Of a stretch of DNA of 64,000 bases, positions 1-11,854 are shown one piece after another. Every line of letters begins with the position of its first letter. The stretch's first letter is position 1. The stretch is from Eledone cirrhosa (taxonomy: Eukaryota). A program made the position numbers and the translations under genes. The stretch covers positions 76,260,001 to 76,324,000 of the forward strand of contig OZ024744.1 of NCBI GenBank assembly GCA_964016885.1, written 5' to 3'. The notes beneath the pieces were generated by a model. That model did not search any database, had not been told where the DNA came from, and saw only the letters and a list, made by a program, of their open reading frames with translations.

Positions 1-651
1 ACCCCACGCCACCGCACACCCACCCACCGTCTCCCCTTCCCCATCACCTACCACCCCTCCACCTTACCCCTCCACCGCACCATCCGCCGCCTCTTCCGAC
101 GCCTCCAGTCCGACCCCTCCACCTCCCACATCTTCCCAACCCCACCACTCCCCTCCTTCAAACGCGCACGCAATCTCCGCACCCTCCTCGTCCACAGCAC
201 CCTACCCCCCAACCCACGCTCCAGTCCCCCCCCCGGTTCCTTCCCCTGTGCTAGGCCCCGCTGCAACACCTGTCCCCACATCACCAACACCACCACCTTC
301 CAGGGTCCCAACGGCCACTCTCTCTCGGTCCGGCATGCCTTCCGCTGCACCTCCTCCAACCTAGTCTACGGACTTCGTTGCACGGAGTGCAGCGCGACTT
401 ATGTCGGACAGACGGGACGTCGCCTGGCGGACCGAGTCACGGAGCACCTCCGGGATATTCGTCTCGGGGGCAGTTCCCCCATCGCCCGCCACATTGGTGG
501 CCCTGGACACTCCGCACGCCATCTCACAGTCTGTGGCCTACTCCAGTGCCACGGAACTCCCGCCCATCGCCTTACGGTCGAACAACGCACTATCTTCATT
601 TTACAGACCCACACTCCCCCCGGCCTGAACTCCCCACACTTATTCCTTTAG
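1..651 (+). CDS. 3' end of Penelope-like element ORF (RT thumb/linker + GIY-YIG endonuclease), open from window start
   Basis: Frame 1 is open from base 1 to TAG 649-651 (missing from the ORF track because it has no start codon here): ...FPITYHP...KRARNLRTLLV...PCARPRCNTC...CTSSNLVYGLRCTECSATYVGQTGRRLADRVTEH...IARH...EQRTIFILQTHTPPGLN. This is the PLE GIY-YIG/CCHH pattern. Confidence 0.9.
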   Translation, partial: TPRHRTPTHRLPFPITYHPSTLPLHRTIRRLFRRLQSDPSTSHIFPTPPLPSFKRARNLRTLLVHSTLPPNPRSSPPPGSFPCARPRCNTCPHITNTTTFQGPNGHSLSVRHAFRCTSSNLVYGLRCTECSATYVGQTGRRLADRVTEHLRDIRLGGSSPIARHIGGPGHSARHLTVCGLLQCHGTPAHRLTVEQRTIFILQTHTPPGLNSPHLFL

Positions 652-1137
652 CGTTCGACCGCCCCCCTCCCCCCACACTTATCCCCCACTAACACCACTA
701 ACACACCCCTCCTTTTCACCTCCCACCCCACACTAACAATACTAACACCTCCACTCCACCCCTCATCTGACCACCCTTCCCCAACTAACATACTAACATC
801 CCTTCCCTCCCCCCTTCTCCTCCTCCCCCTCCTTATCACACGCACACACGCACCCACTTACACCACCCACCCCACACGCAACTAACATCACTAACACCCT
901 CCAACCCCACGCACACGTACCCACACACCCTCGTACACCACCAACTCTACACACCCTACCTCCACTAACCCCCACTCACACCTGCATTCCACCCCTCCCC
1001 ACCTCCCGTATACTAACACCCACTAACACCTCTTCACCAAACTACACACACACCAGTACACCACACTCCCTCCATAGAACCACACACACCCTTCTCTCCC
1101 CGCTCCACACTCACTCATCCCACTAACACCCCTACTA

Positions 1138-1178
<41 letters not shown>

Positions 1179-2140
1179 CCTCACTCCAACTCTCACACCT
1201 ACCCATCCTCGCCTCCCTACCATTCCGCCGACTGCTGCTATGCCCTTCCGACCACCTCTCAGCACCAACTGACCACAGCACTCCCACTGCTGACCACTTC
1301 CTGTTGCGCGCGCACCCCACATCTCTCCTCTTCCGACCACCGCTTCTTGGATTACCCACACGCGAAATTGACTTCTAACCAAAATCTCCAAACATCCGTG
1401 GAACTTACCAACTTTTCAACCATCCTCTTACACCATCACCTATATAACTCACCCACACACACACCCCAACAAAATTTTTTTTTATCCACACGCCACCCAC
1501 ACCCACAACACGCTTAAACCACACACACGTGCTTCCCACCACATATTTACACCCTCAGCCTCCTGATTTCCCCCCCCCCCCCCCTCTATCCACACACGCA
1601 CATACCCCCCCCCCCACACACACACACACCTTCCTGAACATGCAACCCCGTTCTTCCCCCAACCCTCACTTTCACATACACACACACACACACACACGCA
1701 CACCTAACCACACACACCACCTTCAGCCCTCCCCGCTCGGACACCCCGTCTCCCTCTCCCCACTCCACCCGCCACCACCCCTACTCACCCCACACCCTAC
1801 CACCACCTGTTTACCCCCCTTTTAATTTCAGTTTATTTTGATCATGCCTTTATTTTTAAATTTTCTCATTCCTTGTATTTTGATCATGCTTTATTTTTAT
1901 TTATTATTTATTATATTTTTTGTCTTTATTTGTTAATTTTTCATTCGCACCGTTTCCTTTCGCTATATGTCTCTCCACCACTCCCCTACACACCTTTTGA
2001 ACTCTGTTCCCACACACTTCTCACCTGAAGAAGGGCTTATGCCCGAAACGTCGTCCCCCACCTACCCCCCACTCTCCTGAGCGTGAATTTAATAAACATT
2101 TATCGTACTGCCTCTCTGTTCTGTCCCTGTTCAATTTTTC

Positions 2141-2142
<2 letters not shown>
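652..2142 (+). mobile_element. PLE 3' UTR / pseudo-LTR (C/A-rich), ending in (TA)n
   Basis: Follows the GIY-YIG stop; carries a minimal hammerhead (2025-2052) and AATAAA (2091-2096), then runs into (TA)n. Confidence 0.7.
2021..2056 (+). ncRNA. minimal type I hammerhead ribozyme (PLE type)
   Basis: CTGAAGA-A-GGGC ttat GCCC-GAAAC-GTC: canonical core, 4-bp stem II, palindromic ACGT stem III; stem I only 2 bp. Confidence 0.75.
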
Positions 2143-2201
<59 letters not shown>

Positions 2202-2229
2202 TATATATATATATATATACATATACAGA

Positions 2230-2505
2230 CACACACAGAGATTGTGTCATAATGTCGTAATGCAGACAGCCAGACATACAGACAGATATTATAAGGTGGC
2301 GACGTTGTAGCTTTGTATCTATCTAAAAAGACAGACTAAGAATTATAGAGGGACATCGCTAAACGGCGCCTAATGCGGTCCCTACGGCATTGAAAATTTG
2401 AAATATTTTTTGTTAAAACACTCACACGACCACAAGTATTACATGTGTAATGTATGAAAAAGATCGGTTACGTGGTTCTCAAGTGTTAGGGAGTCAGACA
2501 AATAT
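2230..2505 (-). mobile_element. Helitron 5'-end fragment, inverted relative to the adjacent Helitron
   Basis: Diverged reverse complement of 2535-2760 (e.g. GGCGCCTAATGCGGTCCCTA vs TAGGGACCGCATTAGGCGCC). Confidence 0.65.
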
Positions 2506-2513
2506 CTTAGAAA

Positions 2514-2748
2514 TCTATATATCTAAAACAGAGAATGTCTGTCTGACCCCCTAAAACTCGAGAACCACACAACCGAATTTGTTCAAACTTTACACATGCA
2601 ATACTTATGGTCGTGTGAGTGTATTGAGCAAAAGATATTTCAAATTGTCAATGCCATAGGGACCGCATTAGGCGCCGAACTTCGCGTCCTTATAATATCT
2701 GTCTGTATGTCTGGCTTTCTGCATTACGACGTTATGACGCTATCTGTG

Positions 2749-2844
<96 letters not shown>

Positions 2845-2974
2845 TATGTATATATAGTGTGTAACGTTTTTCGAAACATTTACTTCTGCGTTCACAGATT
2901 AATTTTTTTAGTTTCAGAAGATCCCGTTAAAGGTGAAAGCAGCGATTCTTTGTTGCTTAAACTTTAATCTGTTA

Positions 2975-3049
<75 letters not shown>

Positions 3050-3586
3050 GTGTACAGATATTTTTGCATGCACAAAAACAAAATATACACAGCAGCAAAA
3101 ATAGCAACAAAAAAGAGAGGGAACGCAATTACATGCTTTTGAAAAATCACAATGGAAAATTATTTGCCTATTCACCCAAGGCGACTTCACTTTTTATTAG
3201 GACTTCTGCATCAATTGGTGAACATACGACGAAACATTGAAAGGAGTAAGAACACACCACCCTCCACCACTGCAGTCCCACATGCTTACTGCTCTGTAAC
3301 TATTGCTTTCATTGTACCATAGCACAACAAATACATGTTCGGTTTGTCGAATGCCTTTTTACTTAACCCAAATCGTCTTGGCTTTCGTGGGTTGAACATT
3401 TTACTCTCAGGCACCCAATTAAGTTAAACCCCTGGTAATCTACGACGAATGTTTTTTAAAAGCACAAAATGTAGACACCATCCCGAGGCCGAGGTATTCC
3501 GTACTTCTCTGTACTGTTTCAGAAAGTGGGGATAAACATGCTAATCTATGTTTAGAAGCCCGAGCAACGCCAGTCCATTCTGCTAG
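2514..3586 (+). mobile_element. non-autonomous Helitron
   Basis: A|TCTATATATCTAAAACAGAGAATGTCTGTCTG at the 5' end; 3' CCCGAGCAACGCCAG hairpin remnant then CTAG|T; no TSD; ends match the Helitron at 8573-9782. Confidence 0.7.
2910..2963 (+). ncRNA. hammerhead-like motif with CAGAAGA core (family copy 1 of 5)
   Basis: AGTTT-CAGAAGA-tccc gttaa aggt-GAA-AGCAG...TTGCT-T-AAACT; related copies at 7744-7794(-), 14147-14191(-), 37578-37625(-), 37625-37675(+). Confidence 0.55.
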
Positions 3587-3866
3587 TAACTTTATATAAT
3601 ATCATGTTTATCTTTAATTATTTCCGTGTGACAATAATCAACATAAACTACAGGGTTTCTCTTATGCAAATTATGTCATATATCAAAACGCAAATTTCCC
3701 AGTTTGTATGATTACGTATGCAAACTTTTATGTATCAGCTGTGCTAGAGCGGAAATAATCATGTATCCCGTTATCCTGCTACATATGGTATATCAATCCT
3801 TGACTCTCAAAATTATATAACTTCAATGTTATTACCGTCTCTATTTTTATTACATATAAGCATAAA

Positions 3867-5270
3867 ATGGTGGATTGGCAGAATCAGTAGAGCGTCGGAC
3901 CAAATGCTTCGTGGCATAGAATTACGGCCCTTTACGTTTAGATTTTAAATCCCGCAAAGGTTAGCTTTGCCTTTCATCCTTATGTCAGGTCACTCTCGAG
4001 TGTTATTGGTAACGTGTACAACCTGTTGCATGGTCGGGTCTTCGGCGACTAAACCGCCAACCCCACGGCGACTAAATCAACAACAAATATGAAGAACACC
4101 AAATCCAATGCTCCTGGGGGCGGCCCTGGTTCTTCTTATTTGCGAGTGTAAACTTGGCCAGATTAGATTAGATTCATCCTTACAGGATCGATAAAATAAA
4201 GCACCAGCAAGTACTGGGGTCGATTTAATCGACTTTCTCCTCCCCGTCAAATTGCTGGCCTTTTGTCTAGAAGTAGATATCATTATCAATCGGTGGATTA
4301 GCAGTATCGGTAGAGGGTCGGACGCCATGCTTTCCAGCATAGAGTTACGGCTCTTAACGGGTCAATAAAACAAAGTACCAGTAATAAACTGGGATAATTG
4401 CTGGCCTTGTGCCAAAAGTAAAAATAATTGTTAACCGCTGTCGTTGGAGTGTCGGACAAGTGCCTAGCGGTATTCTCAGGTTATTTACATTCTGAGATAA
4501 AAGCCTGTCGTATTCAACTTTGCCTTTAGTTATTCCAGGGTTAATAAAATAAAGTACCAGTCAAGTAATGGGGTCGATTCAATAAGTTTTCCCCTTTCCC
4601 GAACTGAATTGCTGGTTTTGTGCTTAAAGTAAGAATCATTTTTAACGGCGTTGGTCCACTAATATACATACAATTTAGAAAATCATTTACTTAATCTATA
4701 TTCGTACATAAACATATACTTGTAATATTTTCAAAATGGAGTGTGTGGTGGATTAGCAAAATCAATAGAGCATCAGAGAAAATGCATTACGGTATTTATT
4801 TATGAATCTTCACATTCTGTGTTCAAATCCCACCGAGGTCAAAATTTGCCTTTCATCCTTCCAGCGCCTATAAAAGATAATTGTTTCTACTTTAGGCACA
4901 AGGCCAGCAATTATATCAGTGCATTACTGGTACTTTATTTTATCGACCCCGTAAGGATGAAAGGCAAAGTCAACCTCGGCGGGATTTGAAATCAGATCGT
5001 AAAGGGACGTAACTATGCTGGAAAGCATGGCGTCCGACCCTCTACCGATACTGCCAATTCACCGCCTATAAAAGATAATTGTTTCTACTTTTGGCACAAG
5101 GCCAGCAATTATCCCAGTGTATTACTGGTACTTTATTTTATCGACCCCTTAAGGATGAAAGGCAAAGTTAACCTCGGCGGGATTAGATAATACCAGTCAA
5201 ACTGGAATCGATACAATCGATATTCCTTTCTACTCAGATTGCTGGCCTTCTGCTTAAATTAAAACAATTA
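3867..5270. mobile_element. cluster of tRNA-derived Deu/Nin-domain SINEs (both strands, nested/tandem)
   Basis: A box TGGCAGxATCGG, B box GTTCAAATCC, core TTGCCTTTCATCCTTACGGGGTCGATAAAATAAAGTACCAG, tail GCTGGCCTTGTGCC...GAAACAATTAT. One copy is interrupted by an RTE-like 5' fragment (3985-4170). Confidence 0.85.
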
Positions 5271-5559
5271 TTTTCATAATGGAGTTTTACAATTTTAATA
5301 GCTACAGAAAATGTAGATAAATTTTAAAACTAATAAAAAAAAAGTGTATTTTTAATAGTCCTAACTATTTACATAGCAGACTAAATTTACTGACTCATGC
5401 TTTCACAAACGAACAAACAAATAAACAAAAAAGTTAATTAGAATGCAAAGCAATTTAAGTCATTTTACTGTTGATGAGAAATATGCGTTGGGGGGGGGGG
5501 GGGCTTTTTGTTTTGTTTTGGTTTTTGTTGTTTTGTTCTTTTTGTCATTCTTCGATCTG

Positions 5560-6150
5560 TAATGAAGAATTTGGAAGAGAACAATTCGGTTAATTTTCAA
5601 CACCAAATATACTTGGTTACATCATTTTCATTTTGTAACAGATTAGAAAAGCCTGACTCACAAAGATGTGTTGATACACAAGGAAGTAATGTATGTATAG
5701 CTCTTTCTGCCATTGTCGTGTAGTAATCACACATCAAAACCCTAAAATTGTGTGATCGATTTCTAATCGAGCAAGTATTTTTTGTTTTTGTTTTTTCTTG
5801 AACCCCTCTTCAGCTTTAAACATTCTTCTTGACAATAATCAAATGCCTTTTCAATTGGTAATTTGAGTGAATGTCTCACTAAATTCAAATATTCATCCCT
5901 AAGTTCGAGAAAATATCTGCTCAATTTTATTGACTTGTGTTACTAATTACCATAATTTTTTTCTTGTATGCAAATTCTGTAAGATCTTTGTCCGTCAACA
6001 CAATTGTTCAATTTTTGGGGGGATAACCTTTCCCTTTCAATTTTCCAGTTTTTTTTTGTTTTTTTTTATCTAGAAAGCTTTCAATAAGTCAAATATTTTT
6101 ATATTGTTTGTATTCCCTCTTTGCAGTTTCAGCTTAAAAATAACAACCTG
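5560..6150 (-). pseudogene. hAT (Charlie/Buster-like) transposase remnant, C-terminal dimerisation domain
   Basis: Minus strand around 5640-5715 reads MAERAIHTLLPCVSTHLCESGFSNL, resembling the hAT 'LLPFxSTYLCESGFS' motif; the rest is disrupted. Confidence 0.6.
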
Positions 6151-6204
6151 TTAGTCAATGTGCATTATAACCAGGTAAAACGTTCCACCTTACCCTGAAT
6201 AAAT

Positions 6205-6650
6205 AATTCTTTCTAACACTGGTACAAAGCCAGAAAATTGGGAGCAGGGAAAACCGATTGCACCGATCCTCGTGCGTGACTGCTACTTTATTTTATCGAA
6301 CTTGGAAGGATGAAAGGCAAAGTTGATCTCGACTAAATTTGAACTCGGAAGCTGAAGAAACAGAACAAATACTGATTAACATTTCTCCGGCGCTCTAACG
6401 ATTCTGCCAATTCACCGCCCTCTTGAACTACATAAATGGTTTCTGATTGAGGCAAAAGGTCAACAATGATTGGAGAAAGGGAAAGTCAATTAAATTGACT
6501 CCAGTACATTACTGGTACTTCATTTTATCGATCCCGTAAGGATGAAGGCAAAGCTAACCACGGCTGGATTTGAACTCAAAACGTAAAAAAGCCATAACTC
6601 TATGTCGCTTAACATTTTGCCAGACGCTCTACCGATTCTGTCAATCCAGC
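6205..6650 (-). mobile_element. two diverged Deu/Nin-domain SINE copies
   Basis: Reverse-complement core GGATGAAAGGCAAAG...ATTTGAACTC and head CTGCCAATTCACCGCC. Confidence 0.75.
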
Positions 6651-6957
6651 GCATCTTTAAGCTCAAATACTTATTTATTTATATTTATTTCATTTTGAAA
6701 CCCATCGAAAATTTGCGTGTGGATGAGAAGCAACCGACGACTTGCATCTAATTTAATGAATAACTACTTGAAAAGTCGTGAGCCGCGAGCTGCGAGTTTC
6801 TCCTTTCACAAAAAACCCAATTTGAATTGTTTGATCCCAGATCTTCTAAGTTGAACTGAAAAGAGTTTGGGGTCCTGTGTCTGACAATTGATCATACAAT
6901 AAATACCTTCCCTTTTTGCAGCTCACTTTTTAATACGAACTTGACTGACTGTGATTA

Positions 6958-7126
6958 CCATATTTCCTGGCGTAGAAGACACTACTTTTTTCCTAAAATA
7001 TGTCTCAAAAATCTACCAGGGGGTCCTGGAGACCGAAGGTTGTTTATTATTTGTTTTCAAATTTGTGGTTGTCAAAATTAGGGTGCGTCCGCGAAGACGA
7101 AGCGTCTCCGGCGCCGTGAAATACGG
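6958..7126. mobile_element. Tc2/pogo-type MITE
   Basis: TA|CCATATTTCCTGGCG ... CGCCGTGAAATACGG|TA: imperfect TIRs with TA TSD. Confidence 0.6.
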
Positions 7127-7154
7127 TAATTATCAGCAATATTAGTGTTGCTGC

Positions 7155-7415
7155 GGTGAAGGTACGTGGTCAGTTGGTTTGAATGTTTAGTTCATTTTCA
7201 TCAGGTCATGATTCGACTCCCTGCGACATGTTGTATCCTTAAGCAAGACACGTTATTTCATGTTGCTCCACTCCACTCAGTTGGCAAAAAATGATTGTAC
7301 CTATACTTCAAGGGGCCAGCCTTGTCATACAGTGTGCCACGCTGAATCTCTCCGAGAACTAAGTTAAAGCTGATACACGAGACAGTGGACTGCTCACTCA
7401 CTTACGTGTCAATTC
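7155..7415 (+). mobile_element. second tRNA-derived SINE family (TCCTTGAGCAAGACACTTTATTTCACGTTGCTCC core)
   Basis: Same core recurs at 12610-12795(-), 46840-47130(-), 49935-50150(-) and 50152-50275(+). Confidence 0.65.
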
Positions 7416-7459
7416 CAGTACTACTAGTAGTAGTAGTAGTAGTAGTGGGGGTGGGGTAA

Positions 7460-7502
<43 letters not shown>

Positions 7503-7743
7503 GGTTGGTGGTGGTGGTAGTAGTATTCTCCGCCTCCGCCTCCTCTTACTCCTTCTTCTTCTTCTTCTCCTCCTCTCCACCCTTTCTTTCCTTTTACACA
7601 CACATACATCCACAAAGACACACACATACATTGGAAGTCGCTCAAATGTATATATAGATAACACATTGAGGCTTTTCTTCACTTTTAATGATAGGTATGA
7701 ATATATATATGATATATAAATATTTATTAAAATAACAGATTAA

Positions 7744-7794
7744 AGTTTAAGCAAAGAATCGCTGCTTTCACCCTTAACGGGATCTTCTGAAACT
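7744..7794 (-). ncRNA. hammerhead-like motif with CAGAAGA core (best-preserved copy)
   Basis: Minus strand: AGTTT CAGAAGA TCCC gttaa GGGT GAA AGCAG cgattct TTGCT T AAACT, then AATAAA about 17 nt downstream. Confidence 0.6.
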
Positions 7795-8572
7795 AACAAA
7801 GTCAATCTGTAAACGCAGAACTGGATATTTCAAAAAAACGTTACAACCGGAGGAAGACAGGAAGACGATACTTTGGTTCGTGGAAACGTTCCCTGGCAAA
7901 GAACGGGAAAAAAACGAATATAATACGTCATTAATAGGAGCGGTGAAAAACAATTACGCGCAAAGACAGAACCACGTTTATGGTATAAAAGAGGTCGTAG
8001 ACTAATGTTCTCTTATATATATATAGGATATATGGATAAACGTACCCTGATATTGGGCTCAAATTTTTGAGAATAACCCCCCACACCGCCCACCCACTCC
8101 AAAACAGAAAGAATAAATCAGATAACTATTAATAGAACATTTCCCCTTCATAAAAATATGAAATATTTATGTGTATTTTAAATTTAATCTCTGACATTCA
8201 ATATAACTTATTGAATGTCGCAGAATAAATTAAAAACAAACAACATTTTTACAGATTGTACATAATCTACATAACATCACACTTTATTGGATATTGAAAC
8301 ACTAAACTTTACCCCCAACGGTGTGGGGAATAACCCACACAGAAAATCCTTAATCTAAAGTAACATGCATTAAGCAAATCTCCAACTAAAAATAATTCAT
8401 TTACATTATGACATATACTATATTTTATCAGTCCTTAACTTTTGGGGCTACCACCCCGCTCACGGCTACATAACACCCTCAGCGCCCCCAACCCTATTTC
8501 CAGAGAGACCTGCCTACAGGCAAATTGTAAATAATATATAATAAATAAAATCGTTAATTTATAGATAATAAA

Positions 8573-9782
8573 CTAGCAGTTTAGCCCGGCGTTGCTCGGG
8601 TTTATTCATTTGCTATGAAAAGTTACATACAGCTAAACGTGGCTTGAAAGCGAATAAGCTTATCAATTAAGTGCATAAAGCAGTTGAACCGGTTATTAAA
8701 AGTTACGAACCAATTAGCATTTTGTACAATCAATGATGGGTTAATAATCTTCCAATAGCGAATTTAGCAGACCAAAGTTGCAAGATGGTAGCCCTGATGC
8801 CGCTGGGTGTCAGATCTGTCCGCCATGGGTGACCCTACCAGGAAATAGTTTTCAAGACGGCATTGCTCCAACACCTCCAACACCTGCACCAACATCTATA
8901 GCATCTCTTTGTAGACGATATTGCGTGTCATCCCATGAAGAGTGTAAGCAAAAAGTTCATTCCTGCTCCCTACGTGGGACAGGCAACATAAAGTTGGCCA
9001 TGGGAGAAGCATGGCTCCCCCAAATTAATGCCCGCCACCGACAATGTTTGCCCCTGTGACTTGCTAATGGACATGGCAAAACATGGTCTCACCGGGAATT
9101 GGGATCGCCGGAAATCGAACGGGATATCTGACGCCGAGGGGAAAAGGTTCATCCTTGGCAGTGAATTCGGCAGAATTGCCAGAAGTACAACTCTATGGGT
9201 GTTTCATATTAATATTTAACCAATGAAAGTCGTAAAAAATAAATAATTTAAACATTCCGATTCATGTCTATAGCATTAAATTATAGAGAGGGGGAATTAT
9301 CTATTATAAAGAGAGGGAAGAGTGATGGACAGAGTAAAGCTAAGAAAATATAGGGAGGTGTGTTAAACCTCAAAGCATGAAGAGAGTAAAGCAGTTAAAT
9401 TATAGAGAGGGGGAATGATCTATTATAGAGAGAGGGAAGAGCGACGGAGAGAGCGTTATGACTATGTTTGTTGTTGTATAAAATGATGTGTTGGATAGTT
9501 TTCAAAGTTTATGTCGCGTTCCTGAACGAAGTTTTGTCGCTGTTGGGTAGTAGAGAGAGGGAATAAGCGTGTAAGAGAGAGTGTTACAGCATTTATTTAG
9601 TTTTATCGATTTTATATCATAGAAGCAGGAAAGTTTTGGCAAAGTTTACTACGCGTTGACCATCATTGGTAAATTTGGAGCACATTGGAAAAGAAATCAT
9701 CAAAATTGGTAGAGAAATATGGAAATGCATAAAAATCATACACACACACAGACAGGCATCTTCCGTTTTATATATATATAGA
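8573..9782 (-). mobile_element. internally deleted Helitron with Pif1-like helicase fragment
   Basis: Minus strand A|TCTATATA...; 3' CCCGAGCAACGCCGGG hairpin then CTAG|T. 8970-9152 encodes QFPVRPCFAMSISKSQGQTL...FSHGQLYVAC (RepHel helicase motifs V-VI). Confidence 0.9.
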
Positions 9783-9834
9783 TAATATAATATATATTAT
9801 GTACAAATAAATATTATATATTTTAATTTTACTA

Positions 9835-10726
9835 CGAGGGCAATCCCAAAATTAAGGTCTCCAAAGCGATGGGGACGCAGAGAAACTGTTCGTACGGTTG
9901 TTGGCAACACTGTTGTGATTGGTGCTTCCTTCACTCCCAAACAAGCATGCGCGCGCTTCGCTGGGTTGGCAGCCGTTGAGAATAGAGCTCCCGTTGAACG
10001 CTACCGCCAAGTGCGAAGTTCGCGCAGTTATTCGGTTTTTGAACGCAAAAGGCGTTGAACCAATTGAAATTCATCGCTAATTGACGGAAGTGTATGGACA
10101 GTCGTGCTTGGATGTCAAAAACGTTCGCAAGTGGTGTAGAGAGTTTACAGCCGGTTGTACCGATATTCACGACGAAGAAAGGAGCGGGAGACCGTCAATT
10201 TCCGACGAGACAGTTGCAATTTTTCCGTTAAAATCCTGTGGATGGTGCTTCGGGAAACCTCAGGAACCAAAATACAGAGAGCATCCAGAGTGATGCGCCG
10301 ATCTTTACGCATGTTTTCCTCAACCTTTGCGACTGACTCGTCGGAAATTGACGTTCTCCCGCTCCTTTGTCCGTCGTGAATATCGGTACGACCGGCTGTA
10401 AACTCTCTACACCACTTGCGAACGTTTTTGACATCCAAGCACGACTGTCCATACACTTCTGTCAATTGGCGATGAATTTCAATCGGTTCAACGCCTTTTG
10501 CGTTCAAAAACTGAATAACTGCGCAAACTTCGCACTTGGCGGTAGCGTTCAACGGGAGCTCCATTCTCAACGGCTGCCAAGCCAAGATTGAGCATCCCAG
10601 CGAAGCGCGCGCATGTTTGTTTGGGAGTGAAGGAAGCACCAATTACAACAGTGCTGCCAACAGCCGTACGAACAGTTTCTCTGCGTCCCCATCGCTTTGG
10701 AAACCTTACTTTTGGGTTTGCCTTCG
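9835..10726. mobile_element. mariner-derived fold-back element made of two inverted 5' halves
   Basis: TA|CGAGGGCAATCCCAAAA ... TTTTGGGTTTGCCTTCG|TA. Both arms encode the N-terminal HTH (EVRAVIRFLNAKG...VRKWCREF...RSGRP); no DDD catalytic region. Confidence 0.9.
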
Positions 10727-11582
10727 TATATTTATATATAATATGTATCATTTGATATTTAATATACTATTATATCATCTCTTCCACTCTCCTACTTCCC
10801 CGAAACACCAGCGCCACCATGAACCTTTTCAATGCCCCACGGATGTGGGGAGACTAGCGCCAACTTTGAGAACCTCTGCCTTAAAATATCCGGATTTAGG
10901 TGCTTACTTTATAGTATCCTATATGATTTTAATAGGTGGGGAATTGGTAGAGTCGTTAGAATATCGGATAGAATAGTATGCGGTATTTGTTTCGACACTC
11001 TGTCCTCTGAGTTCAAATCTCGCCGAGGTTAACTTTCCTTTTCATCCATCCTTTCAAGATTGATAAAAAAAAGTACCCGTCTAATATTGGAACGGATTCT
11101 TCCTCTGTGTCTCTTCCTCACTTCCATTCTCTCACTCTATACCCTACTCTGGAAGAAATCTGCTATATTCAGACCTGGAGAGGAGATGGGTTCCACCAGC
11201 TTTTAAAATGCCCTAGAAACGCCGTATGTTACAATACGGCGCCCGTACGTCTCTCCCATATTACTTCCAACAAACACAGTAAATAGCTTTTTATTTAATC
11301 AACCTAGTAGTTTCAAAAACAGAGTCGATTTCGGCTGTATCTGAATTCAGAACACCTAGTGTGATACATAACCACGCCTGTGAGAACATTAACGAACAGT
11401 TCACCTATACAGATAAACATAAGTTCGTTCCAGAAAATAACAATACAAAGATATATTTGGTGTAAAAACTATATACATAGAAGAATTTAGGGTCAACGAG
11501 TATATTTAAGATTCATGAATTGAGAGATCACAGCTCCGATACTATGGGCATGTGGTTAGAATATCTCAGGAAAGAATCACTA

Positions 11583-11854
11583 GGTGGGTTTTACGGGCAA
11601 AACCAACCGACAGGACACCCAGGGGTAAACCCTGAGCAAGATGGTTGGATAACATATATGAGCTTGGCTGGTCTCGCTTGGGGATCCAGTTGGATCAGTT
11701 AAAGACGGTTGCATATTACAGGACCGACTTGAAGGAGTGTTTGAGGACTCTGCCTCCACGACCTTTTCAAAAATAAGCGGGCGAAGAAGAAGAAGAAGAA
11801 GAAGAAGAAGAAGAAGAAGAAGAAGAAGAAGAAGAAGAAGAAGAAGAAGAAGAA
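11583..11854 (+). mobile_element. RTE-clade LINE 3' end with (GAA)n tail
   Basis: Translates as AKPTDRTPRGKP*ARWLDNIYELGWSRLGI...LRTLPPRP, the RTE C-terminal 'RPRGRP..RW.D' pattern, followed by a (GAA)n array. Confidence 0.7.
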
